Shown here piece by piece: positions 41,061 through 52,897 of a stretch of DNA of 64,000 bases. This stretch comes from Trypanosoma brucei. Lineage: Eukaryota. Position numbers and translations under genes: made by a program. The DNA lies in contig CM000208.1 in the NCBI GenBank assembly GCA_000002445.1, forward strand, positions 1,888,001-1,952,000, read 5' to 3'. The notes under the pieces are model-generated. The model ran no database searches. It was not told where the DNA came from and worked only from the letters and a program-made list of their open reading frames with translations. Positions within the stretch are counted from its first letter, which is position 1, and every line of letters starts with the position of its first letter.

Positions 41061-42231
41061 TAGTATTGGTAACTTGTAACGTGACAGATTTGTTTAGCAA
41101 CATTTGGCGGCACCCGTAAAACTGCGCAAGATCTGTTAGAGCGCGACATGTAGTGGGTTAAAAAGGAAATGTCGAAATAACAGGAGAACGATCTGGACGT
41201 AAAACGAAGCAAACGACTCAAGTCAAAATCAAAAAAAAAAAGAGTAAGAGGAACAGATGTATTCAACTAACAAACAACACTATTTGTACCCTCCTAAGTG
41301 AATGGAAAGTTTAGCAAACCAAACGCACAGAGCTTGCATTAGGCAGTCAACTGCAGACGGTGCACATGCGAAAGAAAACAAAACAGTAGATGTGCTGAGT
41401 GTAACTACAGCGTAAGGAAGAAGAGCTTCGGGGTCACCGATGAATATTCCAATATTTCTGTACTTCTTTTCGCCCACGACATCTTCCAGCCCTTTGGGTA
41501 TGTGCCGGAAGAGGCACACATACTCGCATGTGCATATGCATATTTCCACATGTTTTAACTGCCGTCTCCAACCCCCCCTCCCCCCATCCCGGGATGGGGG
41601 GAGGGGGGCGGGGCAGGTGGCGACAAAACGTCTGTACGGGACTTACTCTTCCGGAGAGATGCATGCCATCTCCACGACTGCACAATGCGCAGATGCTCCG
41701 TTATTGTGGTTGTACGAATCTATCAGACAATGCGTACAAAGCAGGGTCTACCACTCAAAAAACTCTATCGTTCACCCCAACATCACGGCTGCGTTAGCAT
41801 TGCGATGACGGCTTCGCGTGCATTGTTACGTGCTGTTGTTTGAACTGAGTGAGCTCGTTCCCACATGTACGCGACGTGTTTCACTTCCCGCACAAGAGCC
41901 CGCACATTACGAACACTCTTGGCAACCACCTAAGAACAATGAAAATCCCACTGACATTGCCGAAGTGCAAAGGCATCTGTCCCTTGCCATCCGTCTCATG
42001 TACAGCATCTAAGTACACCAACTCCGTTCATCACCCACACCAGATCTACGTGGCGAACCCTGCCGCAGGCCCCTGAAAAAAAGGTTTGTGGAGGGCGTTC
42101 CTATTCACAGATGTGCTCCTTGATATCAGGTCTAGTTACATTATAAAATTTCCAAAAATTGCAGAGTTTCGTCGTCCTTTTCTTCGTTCACAAGTCGGAT
42201 GCAGATGCTCTGTTTTGTTCAACGTGGTATG

Positions 42232-42939
42232 CTAATCAGAAGCGGAACTGTAATCACTAGAATCCGAAGAATTTCGCGTAGTACCCTCTGTATCGTTTGT
42301 ATATAGCGTACTTTGTTTTGGAATTGAGCTATACAGAGAGACAGAAGTACCTCGGCTAACGGAAGTGGTCCTCCACTCGGATGACTTCCTGTGGCTCGTA
42401 GAGGAGTACAGAGATGTGCTCGCAAGCGGGGCTGCCTCTGGTGTGCGCATACTGTCATGTGGTCCAACGACACGCTTGCCTTCACGGCCATTATCAGTGC
42501 CTCCTGTCGTCACTGCACCACCTTGCCGATTCCATGCTTTTGTGGCCGACCATCCAGACTTCTGACTCCACCTTTGTTTCCTTTGCCGTTCCGCTTTTAG
42601 TTTATCCCGTCCCCGTTGAATCTTCACCATTTCCTTTTCCTCCATAGCCTGTCGCCACACAAGGCGCGAGTGCTCTGGAGATTTAACCCCCATTTCGCCC
42701 CATTTCAGTATGATCTGCGATGTTCTCTGTTCCCAGTTCTGCAACATAGTGTGAATACGTTGCTGGACCTTTCTACTGATTTCCGGTTCGTCTTCAGCCG
42801 CGCTGGCATCAGGCCGCGGGGTTGAATTAATTTCCCACACTCGGTATGAAAAGCCACCGGCGCCGCGTGGCGGTACCACTACCAAGTCGCGCTTGGTGGG
42901 GGCGACACCCGACTTATATGGCATTGCGGGCGCGAACAA
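42232..42939 (-). CDS. Hypothetical protein, basic with a Ser-rich tail.
   Basis: 235-aa ORF in array orientation. No motif recognised. Confidence 0.35.
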   Translation of the reverse strand: MFAPAMPYKSGVAPTKRDLVVVPPRGAGGFSYRVWEINSTPRPDASAAEDEPEISRKVQQRIHTMLQNWEQRTSQIILKWGEMGVKSPEHSRLVWRQAMEEKEMVKIQRGRDKLKAERQRKQRWSQKSGWSATKAWNRQGGAVTTGGTDNGREGKRVVGPHDSMRTPEAAPLASTSLYSSTSHRKSSEWRTTSVSRGTSVSLYSSIPKQSTLYTNDTEGTTRNSSDSSDYSSASD

Positions 42940-43230
42940 TATCTAAACTGCTACAGAGGGCGGTCAAGATGATAGCGGTGATTGCACTCAAAGAGGCATA
43001 AGGATAAAAAGCATTGCGGTAGCACTAATGAAACAGTTTATGAACATATATCAGGTTCTCCTTCGGAGAACGTCGAAACCTTCTGACCTACCCAAGATAC
43101 GGTGTATATGATGTATATGTGCATGTGGGTGGGAGGTCCCATATGGCTGAGCAACATTTCGTGAGCGACGTGATGGGGGCCATCAAAAACACAGACCCAC
43201 CACAAGCGCTCGCCCGCTGGACAGTCCTGT

Positions 43231-44283
43231 TTACAAGGCTAACTTTTGCTTTCGACGGTTTCCAATAATATCGTATAACGCACTCCTATATTGATCCGCG
43301 GGTCTCTCCTCCTCATCCGGAAATGGGAGTTTGATGGGCACAGCCTTGTCGAGCTCCTCGAAGTCACTCGGGGACGTAAAAGGAGCAAAGTAAGGGTGCT
43401 GCAGAGCCTCCCGCGCCGTTGGCCGCTTGTTGGGATCAAAGACAATACATTTACATATTAAGTCCACGGCGTCTGCGTTGTATTTACTCAGCCGCTCAGG
43501 TAACGGATCTGGGTCAATCGCAGGCAGAGAATCTATGAGTGGCCAAGTTTCTTCGGATTTCAAACTCTCGAGGTCCTCGGCCGATGGCTCGCCAAGGGCG
43601 GCAACAATCAACCCGATTTGGTGCAATGTTGAGTTCCCCGTGAACAAAGGGGAACCGGTAAACAATTCACCCAAAATGCAACCAACGGCCCACATGTCCA
43701 TAGCTGTTGTGTAGCACGTGGACTTCACGAGAACCTCTGGCGATCGATACCAGCGCGTTGCTATGTATTCAGTGAGGTCGTTGTCGCCACCTTGTGTATT
43801 GAAGCAGCGCGCGAGGCCAAAGTCGCCCAGCTTGATGTTGCAGTCTGAGTTCAGAAAAACATTGGCAGGCTTCAAGTCCCGATGAATCACCCCACGGGCG
43901 TGCAAACCGGCAACGGCATAGACAATTTGGTAAGCTACGTATTGCCGCTGTACGGACTCCATGATGTTATGCCGCAGTACAACCGACAAATCAGTTTCGG
44001 CAAGTTCAAATACGAGATAGAGGTCCGTTCCATTGATGGAGCGAATTACATTTAGCAAAGGAACAATGTTGTCGAGCTGCAGAGTGCTAAGGAGCATCAC
44101 CTCGCGGTAGGTTCGTTGCGCGTCTTGTCTATTTCCAAATGCGTCGTATACCTTTTTGATTGCCACTTTCATTTTTGTCACCCTGTCAAGAGCACACCAA
44201 ACGACTCCGTACGCCCCGCTTCCAATGTGGCACAATATTTTGTACCGCTGTTCAATTCGTCCATCGATGCTGAACGACACCAT
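43231..44283 (-). CDS. Mitogen-activated protein kinase (ERK-like, TEY activation-loop motif).
   Basis: GSGAYGVV glycine loop, VAIKK lysine, HRDLKPAN catalytic loop, DFG, activation loop DLTEYIATRWYRSPE (TEY), CD-like C-terminal region. 350 aa. Confidence 0.9.
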   Translation of the reverse strand: MVSFSIDGRIEQRYKILCHIGSGAYGVVWCALDRVTKMKVAIKKVYDAFGNRQDAQRTYREVMLLSTLQLDNIVPLLNVIRSINGTDLYLVFELAETDLSVVLRHNIMESVQRQYVAYQIVYAVAGLHARGVIHRDLKPANVFLNSDCNIKLGDFGLARCFNTQGGDNDLTEYIATRWYRSPEVLVKSTCYTTAMDMWAVGCILGELFTGSPLFTGNSTLHQIGLIVAALGEPSAEDLESLKSEETWPLIDSLPAIDPDPLPERLSKYNADAVDLICKCIVFDPNKRPTAREALQHPYFAPFTSPSDFEELDKAVPIKLPFPDEEERPADQYRSALYDIIGNRRKQKLAL

Positions 44284-44544
44284 CTAGTTTTCCTACTTTG
44301 CTTTTTTATAGAAAAAAGATGAAAAAGCCCAGACAGCAAGAAATGTAATGAAAACTCCTCACAGCTGCACCACCGACAGGGCTCACTCAATAACTATGAA
44401 CCTCGCTCGAGAATACTCAGGCTCAGTGGAGATTAAACAAATAGCATCTGAGCAACGGCTTTGGTGGTATGAAACAGGGCTGCATATTTCTAAACGGAAC
44501 CCCTAAACTTCAATCCTTGCCCTCGCAGAGGTTCTGCCGTTGCT

Positions 44545-45465
44545 TCAGTTTTTTGCTGCGTTGAATCTGCCAAAAGCCTTCAACCGCATTTCTCGTGCCT
44601 CTTGAGCCATTTCCTCCTGCGTCTTTGCAACACGGTGACCACCGGTGTCGCTTTTTTCTTCAACCGTCGATTTCCCGTCGATACGTCGTCCCACTCCCAT
44701 AAATGGAACAAACGCTGCCTTCGCTTCTTCTTTCGGTTGCTTCGTACGCGCTGGTTGAGGTTGATTGCCGATGGTAGGTGGCTGAAGCACAAACGGAGCG
44801 AATTCGACGGCGTCATCGGCTCCAATTATGTTACCTCCCTGTGGCATCTGGCGTTCGCTTTCTGTTGGTGACGGGGGCATATCGAGGGGGCGTTCAAACT
44901 CAACTTTGAGTTCAGTTGCTTGCGTGTCAGCCCGCACTGTGGATATGGCATCGACGCTTTTACCCGTGTCATCCGTGATACTAATAACATCGATAACGAA
45001 GTCCCTGTCAAGATAGTCCAGAACAATGGACGTTCCCTTGGTAAGAACTGGGTAGTCACTCAGCCGCATCTCCAAAACATTCTTTGGGTTGCTCAGCTGG
45101 AGGAAGTTGCTTTCCTGCGGCCGTAACTTGATAAGACCTCCGGGTGGCAGTGTACATGTCTCGATGGCAACGGTGCTGCCCTCGCACAGCCCCATCGCAG
45201 TGAACATCCAGGCTGGCATAACAATATGACCTTCCTCTGCGCTGAATTCAAGCACTCCTGCATAGCACGTCACTCCCCGTTTACCATTGCGCAGTTTGAA
45301 TTGCAGCGGGTAAGCGACCCTCATGGTTGACAATTTCTGCAAGCATGTTGGGGGCAATATGACGCGTGAGCCGCTATTAATTTTGGCGTCCGTACTCGCG
45401 AACACACTGGGAAAGGCTCTCAAAGATCCTCTAAATATCTCTGGGCTCTCCTTTCCAGGATACAT
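44545..45465 (-). CDS. UFD1: Ubiquitin fusion degradation protein UFD1 (Cdc48/p97 cofactor).
   Basis: N-terminal double-psi barrel region (SGSRVILPPTCLQKLSTMRVAYPLQFKLRN...TCYAGVLEFSAEEGHIVMPAWM) tracks UFD1 (IIMPPSALDQLSRLNITYPMLFKL...HCGVLEFVADEG). Confidence 0.85.
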   Translation of the reverse strand: MYPGKESPEIFRGSLRAFPSVFASTDAKINSGSRVILPPTCLQKLSTMRVAYPLQFKLRNGKRGVTCYAGVLEFSAEEGHIVMPAWMFTAMGLCEGSTVAIETCTLPPGGLIKLRPQESNFLQLSNPKNVLEMRLSDYPVLTKGTSIVLDYLDRDFVIDVISITDDTGKSVDAISTVRADTQATELKVEFERPLDMPPSPTESERQMPQGGNIIGADDAVEFAPFVLQPPTIGNQPQPARTKQPKEEAKAAFVPFMGVGRRIDGKSTVEEKSDTGGHRVAKTQEEMAQEAREMRLKAFGRFNAAKN

Positions 45466-46308
45466 GTAGGTGTGGATAAGCCTCAGGTCAATTGCACGGG
45501 GCTACAGGGCGCCTCGTGAACTTCTCGCTCTCAGGGGCAGAAATATGCAAAGAAAGCGAAAGCAAACAAACAAACTCTAACCCCTAGGCGAAAACAGCTA
45601 AGCAGAAATAAGAGCAACTGTACTGTCTATTAGCGTTAGCTTGAAAGAGCTTCTAGAACTGTAAGAAAGCAAAGGAAAGAAGCGAAAGGAAGTAACCTCA
45701 CACATGTTTGCTCAGCACCGCAGTATATTTCGCCTTTTTCTTTTCAGACACTCAAGAACCCATTGATACAACAGATCGTACACATCGACAGTTCAGTGAA
45801 ACCGCCTCCATGTTTCCCCCGCCATTTCTCAAAAAGATGTGCAGGTGACAATATTCTCACGGGGTGGGGTGAACAGCTGTGACTACGTGCTATCACGACC
45901 AAAAAGGGGAAAAACAAGGGGGGCGGGATGAGAGGAACAAACAAAGAGTAAGTGGAGAACATGGACAGTTAAAAGTCCTTTTCCCTTTCCTCCACCCAAA
46001 CACGCGAGGTAAGGAAGATGTTTCCGATGCGGCTACAGCAGACAAACCCACTGACCTCAGCCCCACAGCGCAATGTTACCCTGGCTTGAATTTTCCCCTT
46101 TAGTAGATGACACCAATTCACAAATACGCGGGCCCTGGGGGACTGTTTTCTCACCTCATTGTCCTGCTGAGCCCAATCCGTTCGGCACTGAGGTATAAAG
46201 AAAATCTTGAAGCAAGAGGACTACCGGTAGACAAACGAAGGACATCATTCGATATATGTTCAAACGGTCTGTTAGTGGTCTCCAAGTAGACGGACGCTAT
46301 CGTTGGCA

Positions 46309-47649
46309 TCACAATAGGGGACTTTCACATAGCTCTGGGTAACGACCAGTGATAAGATCCACGGCATGCGACAGCTCCTTAGAGATGATGCTGATCCTCC
46401 CATCCCAGTCCTCTAACACTGAGGTGCGCTTCAGCCGGTTAAATATCACTACCTCGTCCACTTGGTCAAGCCTGGCGTCCAGTCTATGTTCCGAAACCAT
46501 CCGAGACACGAGTCGTTCTACATCGGCAGGGGTAATGCCGATAACAACTCCAAGCCGCTCAAAAGTAGCATTGCAGTACATCTGAGAAACTACCTCGAGA
46601 TTGTGCTGCGCGAAAGCTTCTTTGGCCGCGGCAACGTCATCGTCAGACGACAGCCCTGCCAATTGAAGAAAACACTGCAGTTCGGAGGGCCGCAACAGAT
46701 GCAACTGGGCTGCCCGGTTGAGTATGGCCTGCAAATCACCGAGAAGCAACGCGTTTTCGTCCTTCTGATAAACGCGGAGCCGCCGTGTACGTACTGGACT
46801 AGCATCTGATTGTATGACGGACACAACCGCAAGTTGAAGATGTGTGGCATCTTTGGTCCGTTCATACAGCTCAGCGAAACGCAATGAGGCATCAGTAAAA
46901 CGATGCCATGCCATCAAGACCGTGCCGAGGTAATACAAAAATCCATTTACGGCGGTAGCCGCAGTAGGATCCTCCGAAAGGGCCTTGTAGAGTGAGATTC
47001 CACGCGGGTACTCTGCCTCCGCCACTGCATAATCGCGTGTACGAAGCGCGCTGCTGAGGATTTTTGTCACGATTTCGAGCGATACTACATCATCCTTTGC
47101 TGGGAGCATGGAGCACCATGTCTGTTGCGCTAGACGTTCGTTGCCTGCAAGCACGCACCACTCGGCAACGGCCTCGCGCATCGCAAAAATTGTGGGGCTT
47201 GCTCCAGTACTACAGCGACTGTGTGCACCTAACAACACAATTCCCGCTTCGAGGGCAAAGGGAGCGCAATGTGGCGACGTAATTACCATTTCCTTCAAAA
47301 TATTGAAGGAGCGAGCAGCGACCACCGCCCAAATGTCGGCTCTCGCAGCTCCTTCAAGATGCTGCTGAACGAAAATCCTCCACCCGTCCAGATCCCCGGT
47401 TGCAACAAGGGAAACGGCTTGTGATTCGGCCCATCCGAGACTACCGACCTCATTTCCCCCCTCCTTTATCATGGCCCTTTGGCCACAGGTGTGTATTGTT
47501 ATACCGCCGAGGGGAATAAAAAACGAAAAAAAAGAAGGAGCACATAAGCTCAGCGTGCATACAACTTCAAGAAATAATACACCTAACCTCCATGAAGGAC
47601 AGTGGTGTGGCCTCTCAAGTGTATCCTCGAACGCGTGTACATCCCTCAT
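46309..47649 (-). CDS. PCI-domain protein. Family is proteasome lid, COP9 signalosome or eIF3 subunit.
   Basis: 446 aa. Helical TPR-like body. C-terminal winged-helix PCI signature (...ERLGVVIGITPADVERLVSRMVSEHRLDARLDQVDEVVIFN). Confidence 0.55.
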   Translation of the reverse strand: MRDVHAFEDTLERPHHCPSWRLGVLFLEVVCTLSLCAPSFFSFFIPLGGITIHTCGQRAMIKEGGNEVGSLGWAESQAVSLVATGDLDGWRIFVQQHLEGAARADIWAVVAARSFNILKEMVITSPHCAPFALEAGIVLLGAHSRCSTGASPTIFAMREAVAEWCVLAGNERLAQQTWCSMLPAKDDVVSLEIVTKILSSALRTRDYAVAEAEYPRGISLYKALSEDPTAATAVNGFLYYLGTVLMAWHRFTDASLRFAELYERTKDATHLQLAVVSVIQSDASPVRTRRLRVYQKDENALLLGDLQAILNRAAQLHLLRPSELQCFLQLAGLSSDDDVAAAKEAFAQHNLEVVSQMYCNATFERLGVVIGITPADVERLVSRMVSEHRLDARLDQVDEVVIFNRLKRTSVLEDWDGRISIISKELSHAVDLITGRYPELCESPLL

Positions 47650-47788
47650 GCCCGTAATGTGCTTTATATGTTATATCCCGGCCACCGTTCCTTTTTTGTT
47701 GTTAAAGGGTTGGTTCGGAAACAAAGGAAATTAGTTTATTAACAGCGATTAAATGTCCAGCAGTTGGGTCGAGGTGGATGACCAACCA

Positions 47789-49927
47789 CTACTCCCTTTT
47801 TGCTTTCTTACTCGGTCTGCCTAGAAAATACTCAACTGCCCCGTCATCCCTTGCTTCATTTCGCTCATGCTGCCGCCTCCCCTGCCGAGCGTTCACGACA
47901 GTGGCGGCCAAACCAACGACGTCAGGATTATGTCTTCGGTCTTTTTGAGCAACGTCAAGATGGAAACGTGGATCACTAAGCAACTTACTTTGGAAGCGGG
48001 TGTCGATCGCCTCTGCTGCCGCATCCGAAGCCAGGCGTTGCCGCGCTTCGCGGGTGACACCAAGGTTATTAGAGGCACGCATCTTCTTCTTTTCCGCGCG
48101 TTCGGCAGCCAAGCGTTGCTTCACTGCGCGAGCGTGCTGTTTTCGCTTTTCCTTGCCGCTCAGGTGTATTGCGCCCTCGTCATCAGTGCCGAGAGCGGCC
48201 CGTAGGACCTGCCTCCTTTCTTCACGCTCCGCATGCTGCTTTGCCGTCTCGGCCTCCCGCTCTTGCATGATCATTTCTTTCTTTTTCTTTTTCATTTCGC
48301 TGCGCCGTAGCTTGTACTTGAGCTCGGCTTTACTTCCGAGGTCAGAAGAAGTCATTTGTTGCTTTATGCGCACGTCGCGCTGCAGTTTCACGGCCTTGGA
48401 CTCTGCATCAAGATCAAGTGTTGCCTCAACCTCACCAAAAACTTCAGGCGACCCTTCACACGACCCCTCAGATTTCTCCATTTCAACGTCACTGAAGCGA
48501 TTTAACGAGTCGTCATCACTCTCGTCACTATTTTCTTCGTCAGCTTCGCCGTCCTCACCACTTCCCCCATAATCCTCCGGTAGTCCCCCTATTTCTTCCA
48601 GAAGCGCGGCATACTTTTTGCGAATTCGAACCTTGTCCTTGGCGCGCTTCATTTTTTTGCCGTTCACACGACTGTTTTCCACATTATCGTCCACTTCATC
48701 TTCCTCAGAGGAATCAGGTGGGGCGATATACGCTGCCAGGTCATCATCTGCCGTCTCACCCGTAAAGCTGTCGCGCAGTGAGCGGTGCCGGAACACATCC
48801 TCCTGATCCCAAGATATTCTGAAGCGTGTTTGCGACAGCGCCGCCGCCTTAAATGCCGCAAGCGGTTGATAGTTTGCAGGAATGCGGTCGGCCTTATTCA
48901 CAGGGTTCTCAAAGACTTCACTATCGTCTACGTAACGCAGGTCGAGCACAACGCCGCTTGCCTCGATATCCATGCCATCTAGCTGGTTGTACACGGCCTC
49001 TGCTGTCTCAGGCGAGTCAAAAGTGGCAACTGCGTAGTAGTACTTCATACGGTCTCTCTCGTACTTGCGATGCTTTCCCTCCGAAAACAGTTCCCCATCT
49101 TCGCCTTCTTCTTGCAACATTGCGATGTTGTCATCTTCCCACGGGTCATCATCCATTGTATGCTCTTTTTCTATATTACCTTCTTCAGCCTCATTATCAC
49201 CAACACCGTAGTCCATTCCACTTTCCTTTCCCTTATTCTTTCTATCCTTTTTTTTGCTTCCCTCCTTGATCGGTTTGTCGGCGTCGGCGGGTGGCTTCAC
49301 ACTCACCTCATCCCTCTTTTCCCACAAGTCGGGTCCGTGCATCCGCTCATATTCAAGCATTCGCTTACCAAAGTCACTCATGTACACGGCGACATTCAAA
49401 AGCTGCCCACCAAGTGGCAGCGCGTAGAAGAGGACTGCGTACAGGTCTACTGACCTTATATGATCCCAACTACAGTTCACAATCGCTAGGCGGTGTTTCG
49501 GCTCGACGTATTCGACATCTGAAGGTGACCATGCCCTAACTTCACCATCAAGCTGCTCCGCTTCATCATCCGAGAGGTCCATCCCTCCACCGTTATCGGA
49601 TTTTAGGCTACTAGCTATATCTGAGAGCGCTTCAGCTCCCTCTTCGCCATCCTCCATGTCACTGTATTCGTCACTTTCCTCATCCTCTTCTTCTTTCTCC
49701 GAGTCCCCTTCTCCACCTTGAATCTGACGCAAGTGTTTTGCAAAGCGGGGGTCCTGCCTGGCTGCATCTTGCACTGTACCTCTTCCTCTACCACTGCGGT
49801 GCCCTCCGCGCGTGAGTTGAAAGCGGGGGTCCGTAAAGCGTGAGGCAAACCTTGCGTCACCACCTCGGCCCCGTCCTCGCCCTCTGTGGAGGCCGCGCCC
49901 CCGGGAGGAGCTTTGTAGTGTCTTCAT
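47789..49927 (-). CDS. ESF1: Pre-rRNA processing protein ESF1 (NUC153 domain) homolog.
   Basis: Paired DPRF motifs (RFTDPRFQ, QDPRFAKHL). Block RLAIVNCSWDHIRSVDLYAVLFYALPLGGQLLNVAVYMSDFG matches the ESF1 RLAVVNMDWDH...DL..V..SF core. Long acidic Ser/Asp/Glu tracts and basic tail. 712 aa. Confidence 0.7.
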   Translation of the reverse strand: MKTLQSSSRGRGLHRGRGRGRGGDARFASRFTDPRFQLTRGGHRSGRGRGTVQDAARQDPRFAKHLRQIQGGEGDSEKEEEDEESDEYSDMEDGEEGAEALSDIASSLKSDNGGGMDLSDDEAEQLDGEVRAWSPSDVEYVEPKHRLAIVNCSWDHIRSVDLYAVLFYALPLGGQLLNVAVYMSDFGKRMLEYERMHGPDLWEKRDEVSVKPPADADKPIKEGSKKKDRKNKGKESGMDYGVGDNEAEEGNIEKEHTMDDDPWEDDNIAMLQEEGEDGELFSEGKHRKYERDRMKYYYAVATFDSPETAEAVYNQLDGMDIEASGVVLDLRYVDDSEVFENPVNKADRIPANYQPLAAFKAAALSQTRFRISWDQEDVFRHRSLRDSFTGETADDDLAAYIAPPDSSEEDEVDDNVENSRVNGKKMKRAKDKVRIRKKYAALLEEIGGLPEDYGGSGEDGEADEENSDESDDDSLNRFSDVEMEKSEGSCEGSPEVFGEVEATLDLDAESKAVKLQRDVRIKQQMTSSDLGSKAELKYKLRRSEMKKKKKEMIMQEREAETAKQHAEREERRQVLRAALGTDDEGAIHLSGKEKRKQHARAVKQRLAAERAEKKKMRASNNLGVTREARQRLASDAAAEAIDTRFQSKLLSDPRFHLDVAQKDRRHNPDVVGLAATVVNARQGRRQHERNEARDDGAVEYFLGRPSKKAKRE

Positions 49928-50301
49928 AGCAAGTGGAAGACCTTGTGGTTAAGTATGTACACTATAAATCAGTAATATCAATAGCAATGGCATCAGAAGC
50001 GAAATATACAAAACATTTACATGCGTGAGGGCATGATGCGCGAAGGGAAAACGCAGTGGCAGCAGTGAGTTAAGATACAGTAACCTCAGTATGGCGGTGT
50101 TTGTGGATTCCCGCCCGTAACAAAGTGCAAGAAAATTCCCCGTCTTTTGTCGCTGAGCTGAGCAGGGGTGAATGTCGATTGGGGAAGGTGCGAGGTGCGC
50201 AGCACAACTTGAAGTAAAGGCGGTGCCGAAAAGGTGCAAATAAGCAAGCGAAAAGCACGAACAACAAAGGGGGATGATGATAGTGTTACGTTAACCGAGT
50301 T

Positions 50302-50724
50302 TTACTCTTTCTCCTTCCGAGAAAATGACGGTATGATCGCAACAAGATTGAGGAAAAGTACGAGTGAAACCAGACCCAGGGGAATTGTCCATATGTGAAA
50401 CACTGGCCACACGGCTACGGCCCAAAGGAATCCCCCAGCGCACCATGCGCCCGCGGCAGTGTGCAGTAGTCCCTTATGCGTTTCACTCCAATTAGGGTGC
50501 TTCGGCTTCACGACTAGACCCGTGTAAAACCAGAGAGCGACAAAAATGGCGAACGATGCGTACGAGAGTAGCATGACGGGTTGTATGATTTTACGGGAGC
50601 GTAGCATAACTTCAGCTAACTTTGCCATTTTCAACACATAAACACAAACCGCAATAGTACACAACTTCGTGATATAAAATGCAGCATTCCGCGGTGGTGG
50701 TGGTTTCGTGTTGGTTAGCCTCAT
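50302..50724 (-). CDS. Small hypothetical membrane protein with about four TM helices.
   Basis: 140 aa with four hydrophobic stretches. In array orientation. Confidence 0.35.
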   Translation of the reverse strand: MRLTNTKPPPPRNAAFYITKLCTIAVCVYVLKMAKLAEVMLRSRKIIQPVMLLSYASFAIFVALWFYTGLVVKPKHPNWSETHKGLLHTAAGAWCAGGFLWAVAVWPVFHIWTIPLGLVSLVLFLNLVAIIPSFSRKEKE

Positions 50725-51148
50725 CAGGTTCTATTGTTGTCGAGCCGTTTATTTTTTACTTTTCTTCCTTTCTCCTTTTTTGTTAAAAATTTGAAAGAAG
50801 GGAAAGAGGCTGAAAGTGAAAGCCTTGCATTATCCACCTTTTCGGGGGACAGATGCCTGTGTACAAATGTATGGTCTCTCTTTCCTTTTTTTTTTTGGCT
50901 GGTATGTGCAGCAAAGGATTACATTTTTTTTTTTAAAGTACAACTCCATGAAACAATACCATAAAAGGAAGAATAGGAAAATCAAGGTTTCCTAATTTTG
51001 AAGAGGTAAAGCAGACGAGGGGGAGGAGGAGGGCTGAGAACACAACTGCTTGGGTACATAAAACACTAGAAACAACCAGACACATGGGTCCGCCCTGTGC
51101 ATTTAACCGTACACTCGGTTCCAAAAGAGACGTCGGTTCCGTTCACGT

Positions 51149-52675
51149 TCAAACCTCCTTTTCTGTAATGAAGATTGACGGATCGCCCTTAAGTGCGCGT
51201 AGCTTTTGCGCAGCCGCAATCTCGATTGAATTGAGTTGCTCGGGTTTGATTACAGATCTCGCGTCGTAGAGAGACGGTAGAGCCCCGGTGGAGGGTGAGG
51301 CACACCGTGAGCTGTGTAGACCGTTACTCTCGGATTGAGTGTTCGACGTTTGTTCTAGTGAAGAAGACATACATTGCTGTTTCTTCGGTAAGTCAGTGCG
51401 GAGTGCATTTTCCTCCAACTTATTTATCTTATTTTCCATCTCCGTGATGGTGCCTAAAAGTGCAACCCAGTTTTGCTCCATGGTTGTGGCGTAATGCTGC
51501 AGGTCCTTGACGGAATAAATCTCGGCTCGTCTCTCTGGTCGCCTCGTCATGAGATTTCGAAGCGCCTTCACTTCCTCCCGAATGTCATCCTCAGGCTTAC
51601 GCTCGTTGACGCCGCGGTATATCAATATGGGCGGTGGTGCGAAGTCATCAACAACTTTTTGCGTGCTTCGCATATCCAGTGTGCCCTGATAAGCCGAGGC
51701 ACTAATCAATAATGACGGATCATAAATGCGGTTTGCCCACTCCCCTCCCATTACCTCGTAGTGCGAGGAAACAATAATGGAGAGCGTTGCTGCCGTCTGT
51801 ACTGCCATCTCTTCATTTCGTTGGGTAAAGGGACAAGGAATGACAGGGGTGCCAAGCAAATGCAACACGCCTAAAACCGAGCGCTGTACCTCGCCGTAAC
51901 GCGTGAAGACGGGCACAAGGAGCTGTGCGGCGTTGGATGTTTCGATTAAATCGACAAGCGGAGAGTTTTCCGAGGCTCTAGGATCAAACGCACCCGGCCG
52001 CGGCTTCAGATTCAGCGCAATCCCGGCTTCACTCACTGCACATGGTATGGAGGTCTCACCAACACGATAGGGAGCTGAGTTTCGAAGTCTAGACACGTCA
52101 CGGCCAACTACAAAAGGAGCAACAAGCTCGGCGGATACGGCGCCAGGCGGAGGTATCCACAGTAGTGCGACGGCAGCACGTGTGCGGATTGCCACACTCT
52201 CCAAAACGCAATATATGCTCGCTGACACAAGCTCAAGAGCGGAGTTCATCTTTCGTATCTTATGGCTGGGGACAGTTCCATTAAAAGTGGCCCTCGGTGA
52301 GCACCCACCATATGAATGGCGTGGGATGGTTGGTGTTGTCATTTGCGTAGCCGGTGAGTGTATGTGATTTTCTTGTTTGATATTGGGAAATGACGTGACC
52401 AACTCCCCTTGTTCCTGCAGGTTCCGTCGCTTTGCGGCCTCTTGACCCCCCTTATCTTGCTTTAGAGCCCCAAACTCCTGGTGAATTGCGGAGCACAACT
52501 CACGTAGGGCTCCTCTAAGCTGAAGGACTTGATGAGTCCCTTCAGCCGTTTCCACCTTCATCTCGTTAACGATATTGTGTATTTCGTCGAGACGGTGTGA
52601 AATAATATCACTAAAGGAACATTGACCTAATGAGGAAGGTGGAAATGCGTGTCGACAACTATAACAAAGCTGCAT
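51149..52675 (-). CDS. Hypothetical protein, possibly with a GAF-like central domain and a C-terminal coiled coil.
   Basis: 508-aa ORF in array orientation. No firm motif. Confidence 0.45.
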   Translation of the reverse strand: MQLCYSCRHAFPPSSLGQCSFSDIISHRLDEIHNIVNEMKVETAEGTHQVLQLRGALRELCSAIHQEFGALKQDKGGQEAAKRRNLQEQGELVTSFPNIKQENHIHSPATQMTTPTIPRHSYGGCSPRATFNGTVPSHKIRKMNSALELVSASIYCVLESVAIRTRAAVALLWIPPPGAVSAELVAPFVVGRDVSRLRNSAPYRVGETSIPCAVSEAGIALNLKPRPGAFDPRASENSPLVDLIETSNAAQLLVPVFTRYGEVQRSVLGVLHLLGTPVIPCPFTQRNEEMAVQTAATLSIIVSSHYEVMGGEWANRIYDPSLLISASAYQGTLDMRSTQKVVDDFAPPPILIYRGVNERKPEDDIREEVKALRNLMTRRPERRAEIYSVKDLQHYATTMEQNWVALLGTITEMENKINKLEENALRTDLPKKQQCMSSSLEQTSNTQSESNGLHSSRCASPSTGALPSLYDARSVIKPEQLNSIEIAAAQKLRALKGDPSIFITEKEV

Positions 52676-52897
52676 TCCTTCACTTCTTTTTTCTTTTTTT
52701 TAAAAAAACAACAACAGCATACAAATGAAGAAAGGAAAGAAAAATGCGCAAATGACAAGTCGAGGGCATAAAGGAATTGCAACCAACGCTGGGAATATAG
52801 ATAACGGTAACCCACCGGCACCTTCGGAAACTATTCCGCCCAATGGGAATAAACTCTCCGCTTCTCCGGTTGTCGTGCTAAGAAAATGACAATACTT